Shown in pieces: positions 10,535-19,245 of a stretch of DNA of 64,000 nucleotides. The stretch spans positions 5,312,001 to 5,376,000 of the forward strand of contig OY762209.1 in NCBI GenBank assembly GCA_963665295.1. Direction: 5' to 3'. Numbering within the stretch: position 1 is the first letter of the stretch; each line of letters opens with the position of its first letter. The DNA is from Syntrophorhabdaceae bacterium. Lineage in GTDB: Bacteria > Desulfobacterota > Syntrophorhabdia > Syntrophorhabdales > Syntrophorhabdaceae. Made by a program: the position numbers and the translations under genes. The notes beneath the pieces were generated by a model, which saw nothing but the letters and a program-made list of their open reading frames with translations, searched no databases and had not been told where the DNA came from.

Positions 10535-10797
10535 GGAGCGACGGCAAAGCGACAGGCGCTCTCCATTGCCGAATTGCGTAGCGCAAAAGATTTAATCTGT
10601 CGACTTCCTTGAGGCGCGGGCCGACCGGGCGGGGCTGACAATACACACAGTGAACCCCTTCGGACCCGAGAAACCCGCTTCTCCACTTCTCAGACTTAAG
10701 GTGTCCGTGGCGATCCTTGCATTGGAGTCATAGATTTTTCTGCGTGAGAAGGCAGTCGTAAACTACGCATCAAAATAAACTGAAAAGGAAGCATAAA

Positions 10798-12390
10798 GTG
10801 CCGGCAGTAGATCACCATCGTTTCTGGCGATGGTTTAGAGATGACTTTCTGGGCATTGTACGTGAGATGCGTTGGAGCTACGTACCTCCCCTCATGATTT
10901 ATCTGGCGGCCGGTGTTTCGGGTTTTACCGGGATCGTCGAGAGTTTCTTTGTGAAGGAGAGCCTGGGGTTATCCGCTGCCTTCCTCGCAAGTCTGGCGTT
11001 CTGGGCGGGTCTCCCGTGGGCGTTAAAGATGCCTTTCGGCCACCTTGTCGATCTGTTCTGGCACAGAAAATCCTTCTTCGTCTACCTGGGCGCCGTCCTG
11101 ATGGCCGCAAGTCTCATAATCATGGTGGGACTCACGGGCTACAAGGAATTCATGGCAGCCATACTGCCGCCCGACGTGTGGTATATTATCTCTTCACTGG
11201 TCTCCCCCATCGGTTTCGTCCTCCAGGACGTGGTGGCCGACGCCATGACCGTCGAGGCTGTCCAACCCTACGACAAGGATGGTTCGCCTTTTCCGGAACA
11301 TGTGATTAAGCGTATGCACATCACCATGCAAACCCTTGGACGGATCGCCATCATAGGCGGAAGCGCCATCGTCGCGGGAATAGGCGGCTGGCTCGCCACG
11401 ACCATGTCGTACAAGACCATGTATGAGTTCTCCCTCATCATACCGGTAGTCTCCGTACTGGGAGCGGTGCTGGGCACGTGGAACCTCCGGAGACTGCGGG
11501 TCGAGTATAAGCGGGCGGGCCGTTCCGACAAGGAGATACGTAATCTCCTGCGCGCCGGGGAGGGTCCTCTGAAACCCAACTGGTACATACTCGGGGGCAG
11601 CGCCGCCTTCGTGGGGGCAAGCCTCTTCTTCGGCCTCTCGTCGTTTTCCGCAAAAAAGGAGATCATCTTCCTCGCCTCCCTGGGCACCATCTGTTACCTG
11701 ATGCACGAACTGTTGAAGGACCTCGATCCCTCCAAACGCCGCGACATCATCGGCATCGCGATCATCGTCTTCGTGTTCAGGGCCATGCCGAATATAGGGG
11801 CGGGAGCCAGTTGGTGGCAGATCGACGTACTCAAGTTCGACGAGGCATTTTTCGGCACCCTGCGCCAAGTCTCCTCCATACTGGCCATTGTGGGTATGTT
11901 CGCCCTCCGGGGCTGGATGACCCGGCGGCCCATCCCCTACCTCATTATTTTTCTCTCCCTTTACAGCACCTTGATGATCCTGCCCTTCATAGGCATGTAT
12001 TATAATCTCCACGAGTGGACCGAAAGGACATTCGGTTTCGGAGCGAGAACCATCGCCATCATCGACACCATGGCGGATTCCCCCCTCGGCCAGGTTGCCA
12101 TGATTCCTATGCTCGCCTGGATCGCCAGGGAGGCGCCCAACGACCGGAAAGCCACCTATTTCGCGGTCATGGCAGCCTTCACCAACCTCGCCCTCTCGGC
12201 GTCAAGTCTCGGGACTAATTACCTCAACGAAGTTTTCGTCATCGGGCGCGGCCGGTACGGCGAACTGGGGCACCTGATGATCACCGTGACCCTGATCGGT
12301 CTCGTACTCCCCGTTGCCACGGTCCTCATCGTTAATGCGGTAAAACGTTCCCGGTCTTCCGGCCGGGCCCCTTTACAAGGGCACCCATGA
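10798..12390 (+). CDS. BT1 (folate/biopterin) family MFS transporter
   Basis: LPWALKMPFGHLVD, QDVVADAMTVE, ATYFAVMAAFTNL; many TM segments. Confidence 0.8.
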   Translation: MPAVDHHRFWRWFRDDFLGIVREMRWSYVPPLMIYLAAGVSGFTGIVESFFVKESLGLSAAFLASLAFWAGLPWALKMPFGHLVDLFWHRKSFFVYLGAVLMAASLIIMVGLTGYKEFMAAILPPDVWYIISSLVSPIGFVLQDVVADAMTVEAVQPYDKDGSPFPEHVIKRMHITMQTLGRIAIIGGSAIVAGIGGWLATTMSYKTMYEFSLIIPVVSVLGAVLGTWNLRRLRVEYKRAGRSDKEIRNLLRAGEGPLKPNWYILGGSAAFVGASLFFGLSSFSAKKEIIFLASLGTICYLMHELLKDLDPSKRRDIIGIAIIVFVFRAMPNIGAGASWWQIDVLKFDEAFFGTLRQVSSILAIVGMFALRGWMTRRPIPYLIIFLSLYSTLMILPFIGMYYNLHEWTERTFGFGARTIAIIDTMADSPLGQVAMIPMLAWIAREAPNDRKATYFAVMAAFTNLALSASSLGTNYLNEVFVIGRGRYGELGHLMITVTLIGLVLPVATVLIVNAVKRSRSSGRAPLQGHP

Positions 12391-12412
12391 TGTCCACACC
12401 GCAATCAGGCTG

Positions 12413-12613
12413 TCACGTGTCGGTTGACCTCGCCTTCTTCCCATGGGGTGTGCTCTTTCCGCACTGAGGGCGTGTTTCACGACGGCTCCGGCGTATCAGC
12501 GTCACACCGGGGATAATATGCCATCTCAGAAACAGTACGGCAGCAGTGGCAACCAACGCCGGGAAGGCTATCCTCGATAATAGGGCAAATAACTCCTTAA
12601 TCAGATTTTCCAA
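12413..12613 (-). CDS. Small membrane hypothetical protein
   Basis: 66-aa ORF with one hydrophobic segment; no family recognised. Confidence 0.3.
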   Translation of the reverse strand: MENLIKELFALLSRIAFPALVATAAVLFLRWHIIPGVTLIRRSRRETRPQCGKSTPHGKKARSTDT

Positions 12614-12887
12614 TATGGTCCCGGCCTCTCTTCGGGCTCCGTCCCCCGGGCTTTAAGGCGGGATGACGCTCCAACGCTCCATCCGGGCCCTGGTGGGGGC
12701 GGCCCTCCGTTACATCGAATAAATGTATATTCCATCGACGGCTGCCGGGGATGTGATCACTGTCACGACCCTGTCCGTCCGAATACGCGACCGCCGGAAC
12801 GGACGCACCGGTACACGGACACGGGAGATTGCCGTTGAAAGTGTTTCATGAAGACAAAAGCCCGGCAAAGTAAATTTCTATTTTTTA

Positions 12888-12895
12888 AAAGACTT
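12888..12895. repeat. 8-bp target-site duplication AAAGACTT, copy 1 (others at 16164-16171 and 23002-23009)
   Basis: Identical 8-mer directly abuts each terminal inverted repeat. Confidence 0.92.
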
Positions 12896-12960
12896 GGTAG
12901 TGGGTCAGTTTGATTTTTTTCCATATTGATATGCTTAAGCGGTCATGCTAGACTTATGAC

Positions 12961-13233
12961 ATGGCAAAGAAAAGACCGACAGACATAAACTTACTCGCTC
13001 GACAGATCGTAGAGGAAGCCATAGGAGAACCGCTTATAGATAAGGTCCAAGAACCTACCGAAGAAACCCCGACACAGGAACCAGTCAAAGAGAAGAACGC
13101 CGCCGCTGTTGCCCTTGGTAGATTGGGAGGATTGAAGGGGGGCAAGGCACGGGCAGAACGACTTACCCCCGAACAGAGGAAGGAGATCGCTAAGAAAGCG
13201 GCTGCGTCTCGCTGGACAAAGAAAGATCACTGA
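12961..13233 (+). CDS. Small basic KGG-motif accessory protein of element A
   Basis: GGLKGGKARAERLTPEQRKEIAKKAAASRW. Preceded by TTGATA-17bp-TAGACT ending 6 nt before the ATG. Confidence 0.8.
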   Translation: MAKKRPTDINLLARQIVEEAIGEPLIDKVQEPTEETPTQEPVKEKNAAAVALGRLGGLKGGKARAERLTPEQRKEIAKKAAASRWTKKDH

Positions 13234-14239
13234 ATAGTGGTAAGTCTTTGAGTTTAGTATATCTCGGATATGCTCTATCTAACATTACTTTGAATTGTTC
13301 CCATCCCTTGTCTTCTGCTATACGCATCAAGCCTATAACTGCGTATAAATGTTGCGCTAATGCTGGATGGCCTACGTCCTCGGTCAAAAATTGATGGTGT
13401 TTAACTTTCCTGTAGCCCTTATCGTTTTTAGGATTCTTTCTTTCCAGTTCTTCCAGAAGACCAGGAGTAAGGCGACTATAGACTATATCATTCGTGTATT
13501 TGGCTACTATTTGAGGGGGATTAACCTTAAGTCCTTTCCACTCCCATCCCCGTAGTCTAAATATCTCTTTATAGAATTCAAGCGGGAACTTTCTTGCCCA
13601 CGCTGCGAATTCTTTTCTTAAGAACCGATCAAGTATTGCCTGTAATGCTTGACGATCTCTTACGTCTTGGTATCCGGTAGCTTCATCAACGAGGGCAATA
13701 ATACCTACAGTGGCAAGACCCCTAATAAGGATTCTACATTTTTGAGCGATGTGTTTCTGCGTGGCGGTAAGAACACCCGCTTCATCAGCATCAATAAATA
13801 CTCCACATACTTGAGGAAGCAATTCAGCCTTGTAGCCGATAAACTGCGTGTTTTTGTGTTGAAAAATAATGGGAGATGAATTCTCCTTTAAGTCATCAGG
13901 AATATAGGCCTTTATATTATTTGCAGTTAGAAAAACAGGCAGTTTGAATTCATCGTCGTAGGCCCTACCACCCTTAGCTTTCCCCTTTCTGCCTATGGCC
14001 TTAACAAAGGTCGCTCGTGTTAATACTCTCGTGCCATCTTCAAGAACTGCCGCCTTGAATTCTGCGTTGCCTACTTTTAATTCATTGAAATATTCTGTGG
14101 TAAGTACCTTTCCTTCTATGCCAGATTTAGCCCATCGCTTTTGTACTGCCTTCCTCGCTATCTCACTTCTTTGCTCAGGAGTCAATTTGGCCGCTCTTGC
14201 AAAACCACCTTTGGCTTTTCCAGAAGCTTCATCGTCCAT
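13190..14239 (-). CDS. P63C-domain protein with an N-terminal KGG-like motif
   Basis: VLEDGTRVL, VGIIALVDEATGYQ, HHQFLTEDVGHPAL; RBS AAGGAG. Confidence 0.88.
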   Translation of the reverse strand: MDDEASGKAKGGFARAAKLTPEQRSEIARKAVQKRWAKSGIEGKVLTTEYFNELKVGNAEFKAAVLEDGTRVLTRATFVKAIGRKGKAKGGRAYDDEFKLPVFLTANNIKAYIPDDLKENSSPIIFQHKNTQFIGYKAELLPQVCGVFIDADEAGVLTATQKHIAQKCRILIRGLATVGIIALVDEATGYQDVRDRQALQAILDRFLRKEFAAWARKFPLEFYKEIFRLRGWEWKGLKVNPPQIVAKYTNDIVYSRLTPGLLEELERKNPKNDKGYRKVKHHQFLTEDVGHPALAQHLYAVIGLMRIAEDKGWEQFKVMLDRAYPRYTKLKDLPLFSDLSLSSETQPLS

Positions 14240-14342
14240 ACTTGCATTCTCCTTAGTTTTAATACTTGCATTTTATCTTAAAACAACTTTATAATGCAAG
14301 TATTATTTGATGGCAAAAAAGAAACATACTTGCAAAAAAGAC

Positions 14343-14372
14343 TTGACATGCTTAACCGCTCAAGCATATAAT
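14343..14372 (+). promoter_or_regulatory. Sigma70-type transposase promoter overlapped by an ATGCTT-N8-AAGCAT palindrome
   Basis: TTGACA 14343-14348, 18 bp, TATAAT 14367-14372; ATG at 14379. Confidence 0.75.
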
Positions 14373-14378
14373 GTAAAT

Positions 14379-15209
14379 ATGAACAGGTTAGACAGAAAAA
14401 GACAGGCACAGGTGATAGCGGCATTAGTTGAGGGTAATTCTATCCGTGCTACTGTCAGAATGACCGGCGTAGCCAAGAATACCATTGTTAAGCTCCTTGC
14501 CGATATAGGTAGGGCGTGTGCGGAATACCAGGACAAGACCCTGCGCAACTTACCCTGTACCAAAATCCAATGTGACGAGATATGGTCTTTCTGCTATTCC
14601 AAGGAAAAGAACATACCTGAAGACAAGAAAGGTCGCTTTGGATATGGCGATGTATGGACCTGGACGGCATTAGACCCCGATACTAAGCCCATGGTATCAT
14701 GGTTGGTTGCAGATCGCAGCGCAGGGGCCGCCATGGAGTTTATGACCGATCTTTCAGAGAGACTAAGCAACAAGATTCAGCTTACCACGGATGGTTACAG
14801 GATATATCTCAACGCCGTTGAAAGCGCCTTCAGAGGCAACATTGATTATGCCATGCTCGTCAAGATATATGGCAACGACTCGGAAGGTGAAAAGAGATAT
14901 AGTCCCGCCGCTTGTAGAGGCTCGGAAAAGATTGTTGTATGTGGTAAGCCTGATATGCAGCATGTTTCAACAAGCCATGCAGAGAGGCAAAACCTTACGA
15001 TGCGTATGAGCATGAGAAGGTTCACGAGACTCACGAACGGCTTTTCAAAGAAGGTCGAGAATCACAGCCACGCAATATCACTCTATTTCATGTACTATAA
15101 CTTCTGCCGGATTCACCAGACGTTAAGGGTGACACCCGCAATGGCAGCAGGGATAACAGATCATGTATGGGATATTAAAGATATAATAAGTCTTATGTCT
15201 CAAAAATAA
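14379..15209 (+). CDS. IS1-family single-ORF DDE transposase (element A)
   Basis: N-terminal HTH (GNSIRATVRMTGVAKNTI), QCDEIWSF, TTDG, AERQNLTMR, RRFTRLTNGFSKK. Start set by alignment with 17725-18549. Confidence 0.9.
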   Translation: MNRLDRKRQAQVIAALVEGNSIRATVRMTGVAKNTIVKLLADIGRACAEYQDKTLRNLPCTKIQCDEIWSFCYSKEKNIPEDKKGRFGYGDVWTWTALDPDTKPMVSWLVADRSAGAAMEFMTDLSERLSNKIQLTTDGYRIYLNAVESAFRGNIDYAMLVKIYGNDSEGEKRYSPAACRGSEKIVVCGKPDMQHVSTSHAERQNLTMRMSMRRFTRLTNGFSKKVENHSHAISLYFMYYNFCRIHQTLRVTPAMAAGITDHVWDIKDIISLMSQK

Positions 15210-15247
15210 GGAGCATTTCTTGAGACTATTGTTGTTAACGTACCCAC

Positions 15248-15276
15248 TTGACAGATTAGAACAAGTGTGCTACTGT
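15248..15276 (+). promoter_or_regulatory. Promoter-like sequence downstream of transposase A
   Basis: TTGACA-17bp-TACTGT with TG extension. Confidence 0.45.
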
Positions 15277-15321
15277 TCGATATAGAACTAAATGAGGCAA
15301 ATAAGAGCAAAAAAGGATGGG

Positions 15322-16080
15322 CTAGATATCCAAGGCAAGAATGGTGGATTCCATGGCGTTAACCGTGCCGACCACGAGTTGAGACAGTTGATACAGAGTT
15401 GGGAGAACAGGTTGACCCTCGAAAGCCTGTCCTTCATCGAACAATACATTGAAGGCAGGCTTTCCATAATTTGTGATCTTTACCGCGCCACTGAAAGATA
15501 TCGCGTTGAGCTTTTTGCCTTGGGGAACGGCAAGAGTAGTGCCATAAAAGGCGTTCCCGTTTTCATCGATCATGTCTACCCCAGTCAGACCTGCAATGGT
15601 CAGTACGGGGACAAGCAACTTGTGTTTGTCCATGATATCGATTTGGTGGAGGGAATACAAGGCGTCGTTCCCTCCTGGATAAGGCTTAATAGTATCGACA
15701 ATGAGGCCAATAATAGCGGCGGGCAAAGGCTGTTCTTTTCTACCATCCAGGGTTGCTACAAGCTCGTCCCTAGTCTTCCTAAACGGGAACTTCGTATATT
15801 GGGTGGGAGTTTGTCCCGCAATAGTTACCACTTCCCAAAACATCAGATCAAGAGAGGATCGGAGGTTATGGACAATATCTCCCATTACCAATGGAATGGT
15901 TATGGGAAGAGATTTAGTCATCTCAAGCTGTATAACATGCTGTCTAGTGTTAGAATCTTCCTCGACGCTAAGACGGCAAAAATCTTCCTTGGAAAAGAAG
16001 GCAAGGACGGTTACCAACTCGGAGATATGCTGGTTGGCCCTTTCGATCTTGAGGCGCGCTCCTGAAAATAGAGGACTCAT
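15322..16080 (-). CDS. Hypothetical cargo protein, possibly HEPN-like
   Basis: 252 aa with GDIVHNLRSSLD, KFPF and LHQIDIMDKH motifs. The fold call is inference. Confidence 0.6.
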   Translation of the reverse strand: MSPLFSGARLKIERANQHISELVTVLAFFSKEDFCRLSVEEDSNTRQHVIQLEMTKSLPITIPLVMGDIVHNLRSSLDLMFWEVVTIAGQTPTQYTKFPFRKTRDELVATLDGRKEQPLPAAIIGLIVDTIKPYPGGNDALYSLHQIDIMDKHKLLVPVLTIAGLTGVDMIDENGNAFYGTTLAVPQGKKLNAISFSGAVKITNYGKPAFNVLFDEGQAFEGQPVLPTLYQLSQLVVGTVNAMESTILALDI

Positions 16081-16246
16081 ATAAGAGGATATTATCGTTT
16101 ATTTTGGCTTTTGTAAAACAGTTTCGCAAAAGCTTATCTTCTTTTTCAAACTGACCCACTACCAAAGACTTGGTAGTGTCTCAGTTTCACGCAGCCCTCT
16201 CTTGACAAAAGGGTGAAAAAAGATAGCAGCCATGATATACTTAGAT

Positions 16247-16492
16247 ATGCCCAAGGGACCGCAAGGACAGAAACGACCCGCCGATGTAATAGGCAATGCT
16301 ATAACGGTTGCCAGAATCGCCACAGGGGAAATTGAGGAAACTACCGATGGCAAGGATTATGCGCGCGAAGGTGGGCAGAAGGGGGGAAAAGCGAGAGCAG
16401 AGAAACTTACTCCCGAGCAGAGATCCGAGATAGCGAAAAGGGCAGCGGAGATAAGATGGGCAGCGAAGGCGGGGGTTAAGGGTGAACGATAA
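16247..16492 (+). CDS. Small basic KGG-motif accessory protein of element B
   Basis: KRPADV...GGQKGGKARAEKLTPEQRSEIAKRAAEIRW; same position and motif as in element A. Confidence 0.8.
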   Translation: MPKGPQGQKRPADVIGNAITVARIATGEIEETTDGKDYAREGGQKGGKARAEKLTPEQRSEIAKRAAEIRWAAKAGVKGER

Positions 16493-16499
16493 GTTTTTG

Positions 16500-17414
16500 C
16501 TATTGCAGACTTTGGTGTTTAACGAAAGCGACTCCGTTATGATTTTCGATCATCTTGTATGCATCAGTGTTCATTAGACTATGCATGAAGCAATGATGTA
16601 CTGTTAAAATTAGGTCTTGTAGATCGTTGTCGTCTTCTATCCTATCAACACATAATCCAATATCCTCACATTCTTCCATGTGCAGATGTCTTCCGTGAGT
16701 TTTGTTTAGTTGTGGGTCTGATAAACTTTTCGCGATAGCTTTAGCCTTTTTCTTGGCATCCGGTTCCCCGGCAAACATTATTTCTTCAAGTTGATCCTGG
16801 ACAAATTTATTTGACCATTCTATTGCCTTTTCGCATTGGCCTAAAAAGGTAGGCCTGTATTGGCCTATAATGGATACCCATAATGGAATCTTGTCCGGGT
16901 CTTTCTTGCATTCTTTGTAAGCCCTTTTGAACTCTTCAAGAACTCCATAGGCGGGGACCCCTCGCAGATGTGGATCAATAGGCCCTAGATTTGAATGTTC
17001 TGTCATTAGTATTCTCTTACACGAACAGGCAATCATGGTCCCCGCCGACATAGCTATTTGGGGGACAATTGCCCTGACATCGTTCTTGAACATCTTATGT
17101 AAATAATTAACGATCGATTGGGTAGCGGCAATACTACCGCCTTCGGTATGGAGAATAAGGTCAAGCCCCTTGGCTCTGTCCAATTGATGAACCGCCATCA
17201 TAAATCCATTCTTGTCTTCATCGTTGATGTCGGATTGGGCAACATTTGGCTTGGATAAAAAAGCTGAATAGTACGCGATTATATTTCGATTGGTCTTTTC
17301 GTGAAGCTTCTTTAAGTAGTCTCGACGGACAATATCCACAGCGCCTTGTGATTGGCTGTGAAGTTGAGCCTGTGTTATTTGAATTTCTTTAAGAATGTCG
17401 TTCCAATTTGGCAT
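16500..17414 (-). CDS. SDH-family Clp-fold serine proteinase
   Basis: LDLILHTEGG, AMSAGTMIA (catalytic Ser), LGPIDP, HGRH. Confidence 0.88.
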   Translation of the reverse strand: MPNWNDILKEIQITQAQLHSQSQGAVDIVRRDYLKKLHEKTNRNIIAYYSAFLSKPNVAQSDINDEDKNGFMMAVHQLDRAKGLDLILHTEGGSIAATQSIVNYLHKMFKNDVRAIVPQIAMSAGTMIACSCKRILMTEHSNLGPIDPHLRGVPAYGVLEEFKRAYKECKKDPDKIPLWVSIIGQYRPTFLGQCEKAIEWSNKFVQDQLEEIMFAGEPDAKKKAKAIAKSLSDPQLNKTHGRHLHMEECEDIGLCVDRIEDDNDLQDLILTVHHCFMHSLMNTDAYKMIENHNGVAFVKHQSLQ

Positions 17415-17417
17415 TCG

Positions 17418-17597
17418 CTATATCGGCTTTTCGTATGCTCCATATGTTGTTACACTATTTACGATCTTTCGAGCGTGAGGCTGCTCCAACGAATAATCAT
17501 CTGTACCGTGTGTTGTAAAGGGTTTCACTACAATCTCTAGGTACTGAGATTCTATGGATTTCTTTAGCTGCGAAGGTTTTTCTTTCTTTTCTGCCAT
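17418..17597 (-). CDS. 59-aa peptide directly upstream of the protease
   Basis: RBS GAGGAGGTG before ATG (MAEKKEK...); stop 3 nt before the protease ATG. Confidence 0.65.
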   Translation of the reverse strand: MAEKKEKPSQLKKSIESQYLEIVVKPFTTHGTDDYSLEQPHARKIVNSVTTYGAYEKPI

Positions 17598-17689
17598 CAA
17601 TACACCTCCTCTTATCGTGAGGCACTCTTCAAAGCAAGTATAGCACGTTTTTGCTGAAAGAGAAAGAAAGTTTAAACTGCAAATAATGC

Positions 17690-17718
17690 TTGACACCTAA
17701 GCATAAAGTTCATATACT
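17690..17718 (+). promoter_or_regulatory. Transposase B promoter overlapped by an ATGCTT-N7-AAGCAT palindrome
   Basis: TTGACA 17690-17695, 17 bp, TATACT 17713-17718; ATG at 17725. Confidence 0.75.
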
Positions 17719-17724
17719 TACAAT

Positions 17725-18549
17725 ATGAACAAGCTGCCAATATCGAAAAGAGTTCAAATCCTTCAGATGCTTTGCGAGGGATCGTCTATGAGGTCCATAT
17801 CAAGGGTGGCCGACGTATCTATCAACACGGTAACAAAATTGCTAGTGGATGCAGGAAAAGTATGTGCTTCGTATCAAGACAAGACGCTCCGTGGCTTGGC
17901 CTGCAAAAGAGTACAGTGCGATGAAATATGGTCGTTTTGTTACTCAAAAGAGAAAAACATACCTGAAGACAAGAAAGGTCGCTTCGGTTACGGTGATGTA
18001 TGGACCTGGACGGCGTTAGACCCCGATACAAAGCTCATGGTATCATGGTTGGTTGCAGATCGTAGCGCAGGGGCCGCCATGGAGTTTATGACCGATCTTT
18101 CAGAGAGACTAAGCAATAAGATTCAGCTTACCACGGATGGTTACAGGATATATCTCAACGCCGTTGAAAGCGCCTTCAGAGGCAACATTGATTATGCCAT
18201 GCTCGTCAAGCTGTATGGCAATGACTCCGAGGGCGAAAAGAGATATAGCCCCGCTAAATGCCTTGGAGCGGAGAAGTCGATTATATGTGGGTCACCCGAC
18301 AAAAACCATATATCCACAAGCTATGTGGAGAGACAGAACCTTACCATGAGAATGAATATGAGGCGGTTTACAAGACTGACTAATGGTTTCTCAAAGAAAG
18401 TCGAGAATCATTGTCATGCCCTCGCCCTCTATTTCATGGCATATAATTTTGTAAGGATTCACAAAACACTGAGAGTCACGCCCGCAATGGCGGCAGGGGT
18501 GACAGATCATGTATGGGAAATAAAGGATATCATTAGTTTAATTGAGTAA
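17725..18549 (+). CDS. IS1-family single-ORF DDE transposase (element B)
   Basis: HTH, QCDEIWSF, TTDG, VERQNLTMR, RRFTRLTNGFSKK. Confidence 0.92.
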   Translation: MNKLPISKRVQILQMLCEGSSMRSISRVADVSINTVTKLLVDAGKVCASYQDKTLRGLACKRVQCDEIWSFCYSKEKNIPEDKKGRFGYGDVWTWTALDPDTKLMVSWLVADRSAGAAMEFMTDLSERLSNKIQLTTDGYRIYLNAVESAFRGNIDYAMLVKLYGNDSEGEKRYSPAKCLGAEKSIICGSPDKNHISTSYVERQNLTMRMNMRRFTRLTNGFSKKVENHCHALALYFMAYNFVRIHKTLRVTPAMAAGVTDHVWEIKDIISLIE

Positions 18550-18648
18550 ATTTTCACATTTACCTTGACTTGCAACCCCTCCCATGCAAATATTAGTTAA
18601 TGAGTGGCTCCGATGGACGATAATACGTCAAAAGGAGGGTAGGCCATT

Positions 18649-19092
18649 ATGCCAAATTATACTGCTTCCGATATAGCCAATTATTTTCTTTTCAAAGCTC
18701 AAGAGGAAGACCAAGAATTATTATCGAATTTAAAACTTCAGAAACTCGTTTATTATGCTCAAGGACTTCATCTTGCGATTTACGGTGGGCCTCTTTTTGA
18801 TGATAGAATAGAAGCGTGGCAATATGGTCCTGTAATACCCAGCTTATATCATGAATACAAACATTATGGGGCTAGCGGAATCCCTGCCCTAGACAGTTAT
18901 GATCCTCCCATTATCGATGCTGAGACGATTGATTTCTTAGATGAAGTCTATGAGTTTATGGGGCAGTATTCGGCTATTCGTCTGATGGAAATGGCCCATT
19001 CTGATGATTGTTGGATAGACGCTGGAATAGGTAATATAATTACTTGTGATGCCATGAAAAATGACCTAAAAAAGTACCTCAAGGATGAGTAG
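18649..19092 (+). CDS. Panacea (SocA/GepA/DUF4065) antitoxin
   Basis: LKLQKLVYYAQ and EAWQYGPV motifs; RBS AGGAGG. Confidence 0.9.
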   Translation: MPNYTASDIANYFLFKAQEEDQELLSNLKLQKLVYYAQGLHLAIYGGPLFDDRIEAWQYGPVIPSLYHEYKHYGASGIPALDSYDPPIIDAETIDFLDEVYEFMGQYSAIRLMEMAHSDDCWIDAGIGNIITCDAMKNDLKKYLKDE

Positions 19093-19245
19093 ACATCTAA
19101 AAAAATCGCAATCGAAAAGTACTAACCGTTTTCAAGATACAAAGATACCTCCTTCAAAAAACTACGATTTGGAAAAGCCAGTTTTTTCACTGAGACATAT
19201 CGGAACGTGTCAATGAAAATGAGACACTTCCATCAGATATTTAGT

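Larger units (their letters stand above)
12896..16163 (+). mobile_element. IS1-family cargo-carrying transposon A (3268 bp)
   Basis: Perfect 18-bp TIRs GGTAGTGGGTCAGTTTGA (12896-12913) and TCAAACTGACCCACTACC (16146-16163), 8-bp TSD, central DDE transposase. Confidence 0.92.

Noticed and set aside
14307..14378. Longer N-terminus of transposase A from the ORF track
   Set aside because: It runs through the promoter and operator, and the paralog aligns from ATG 14379.
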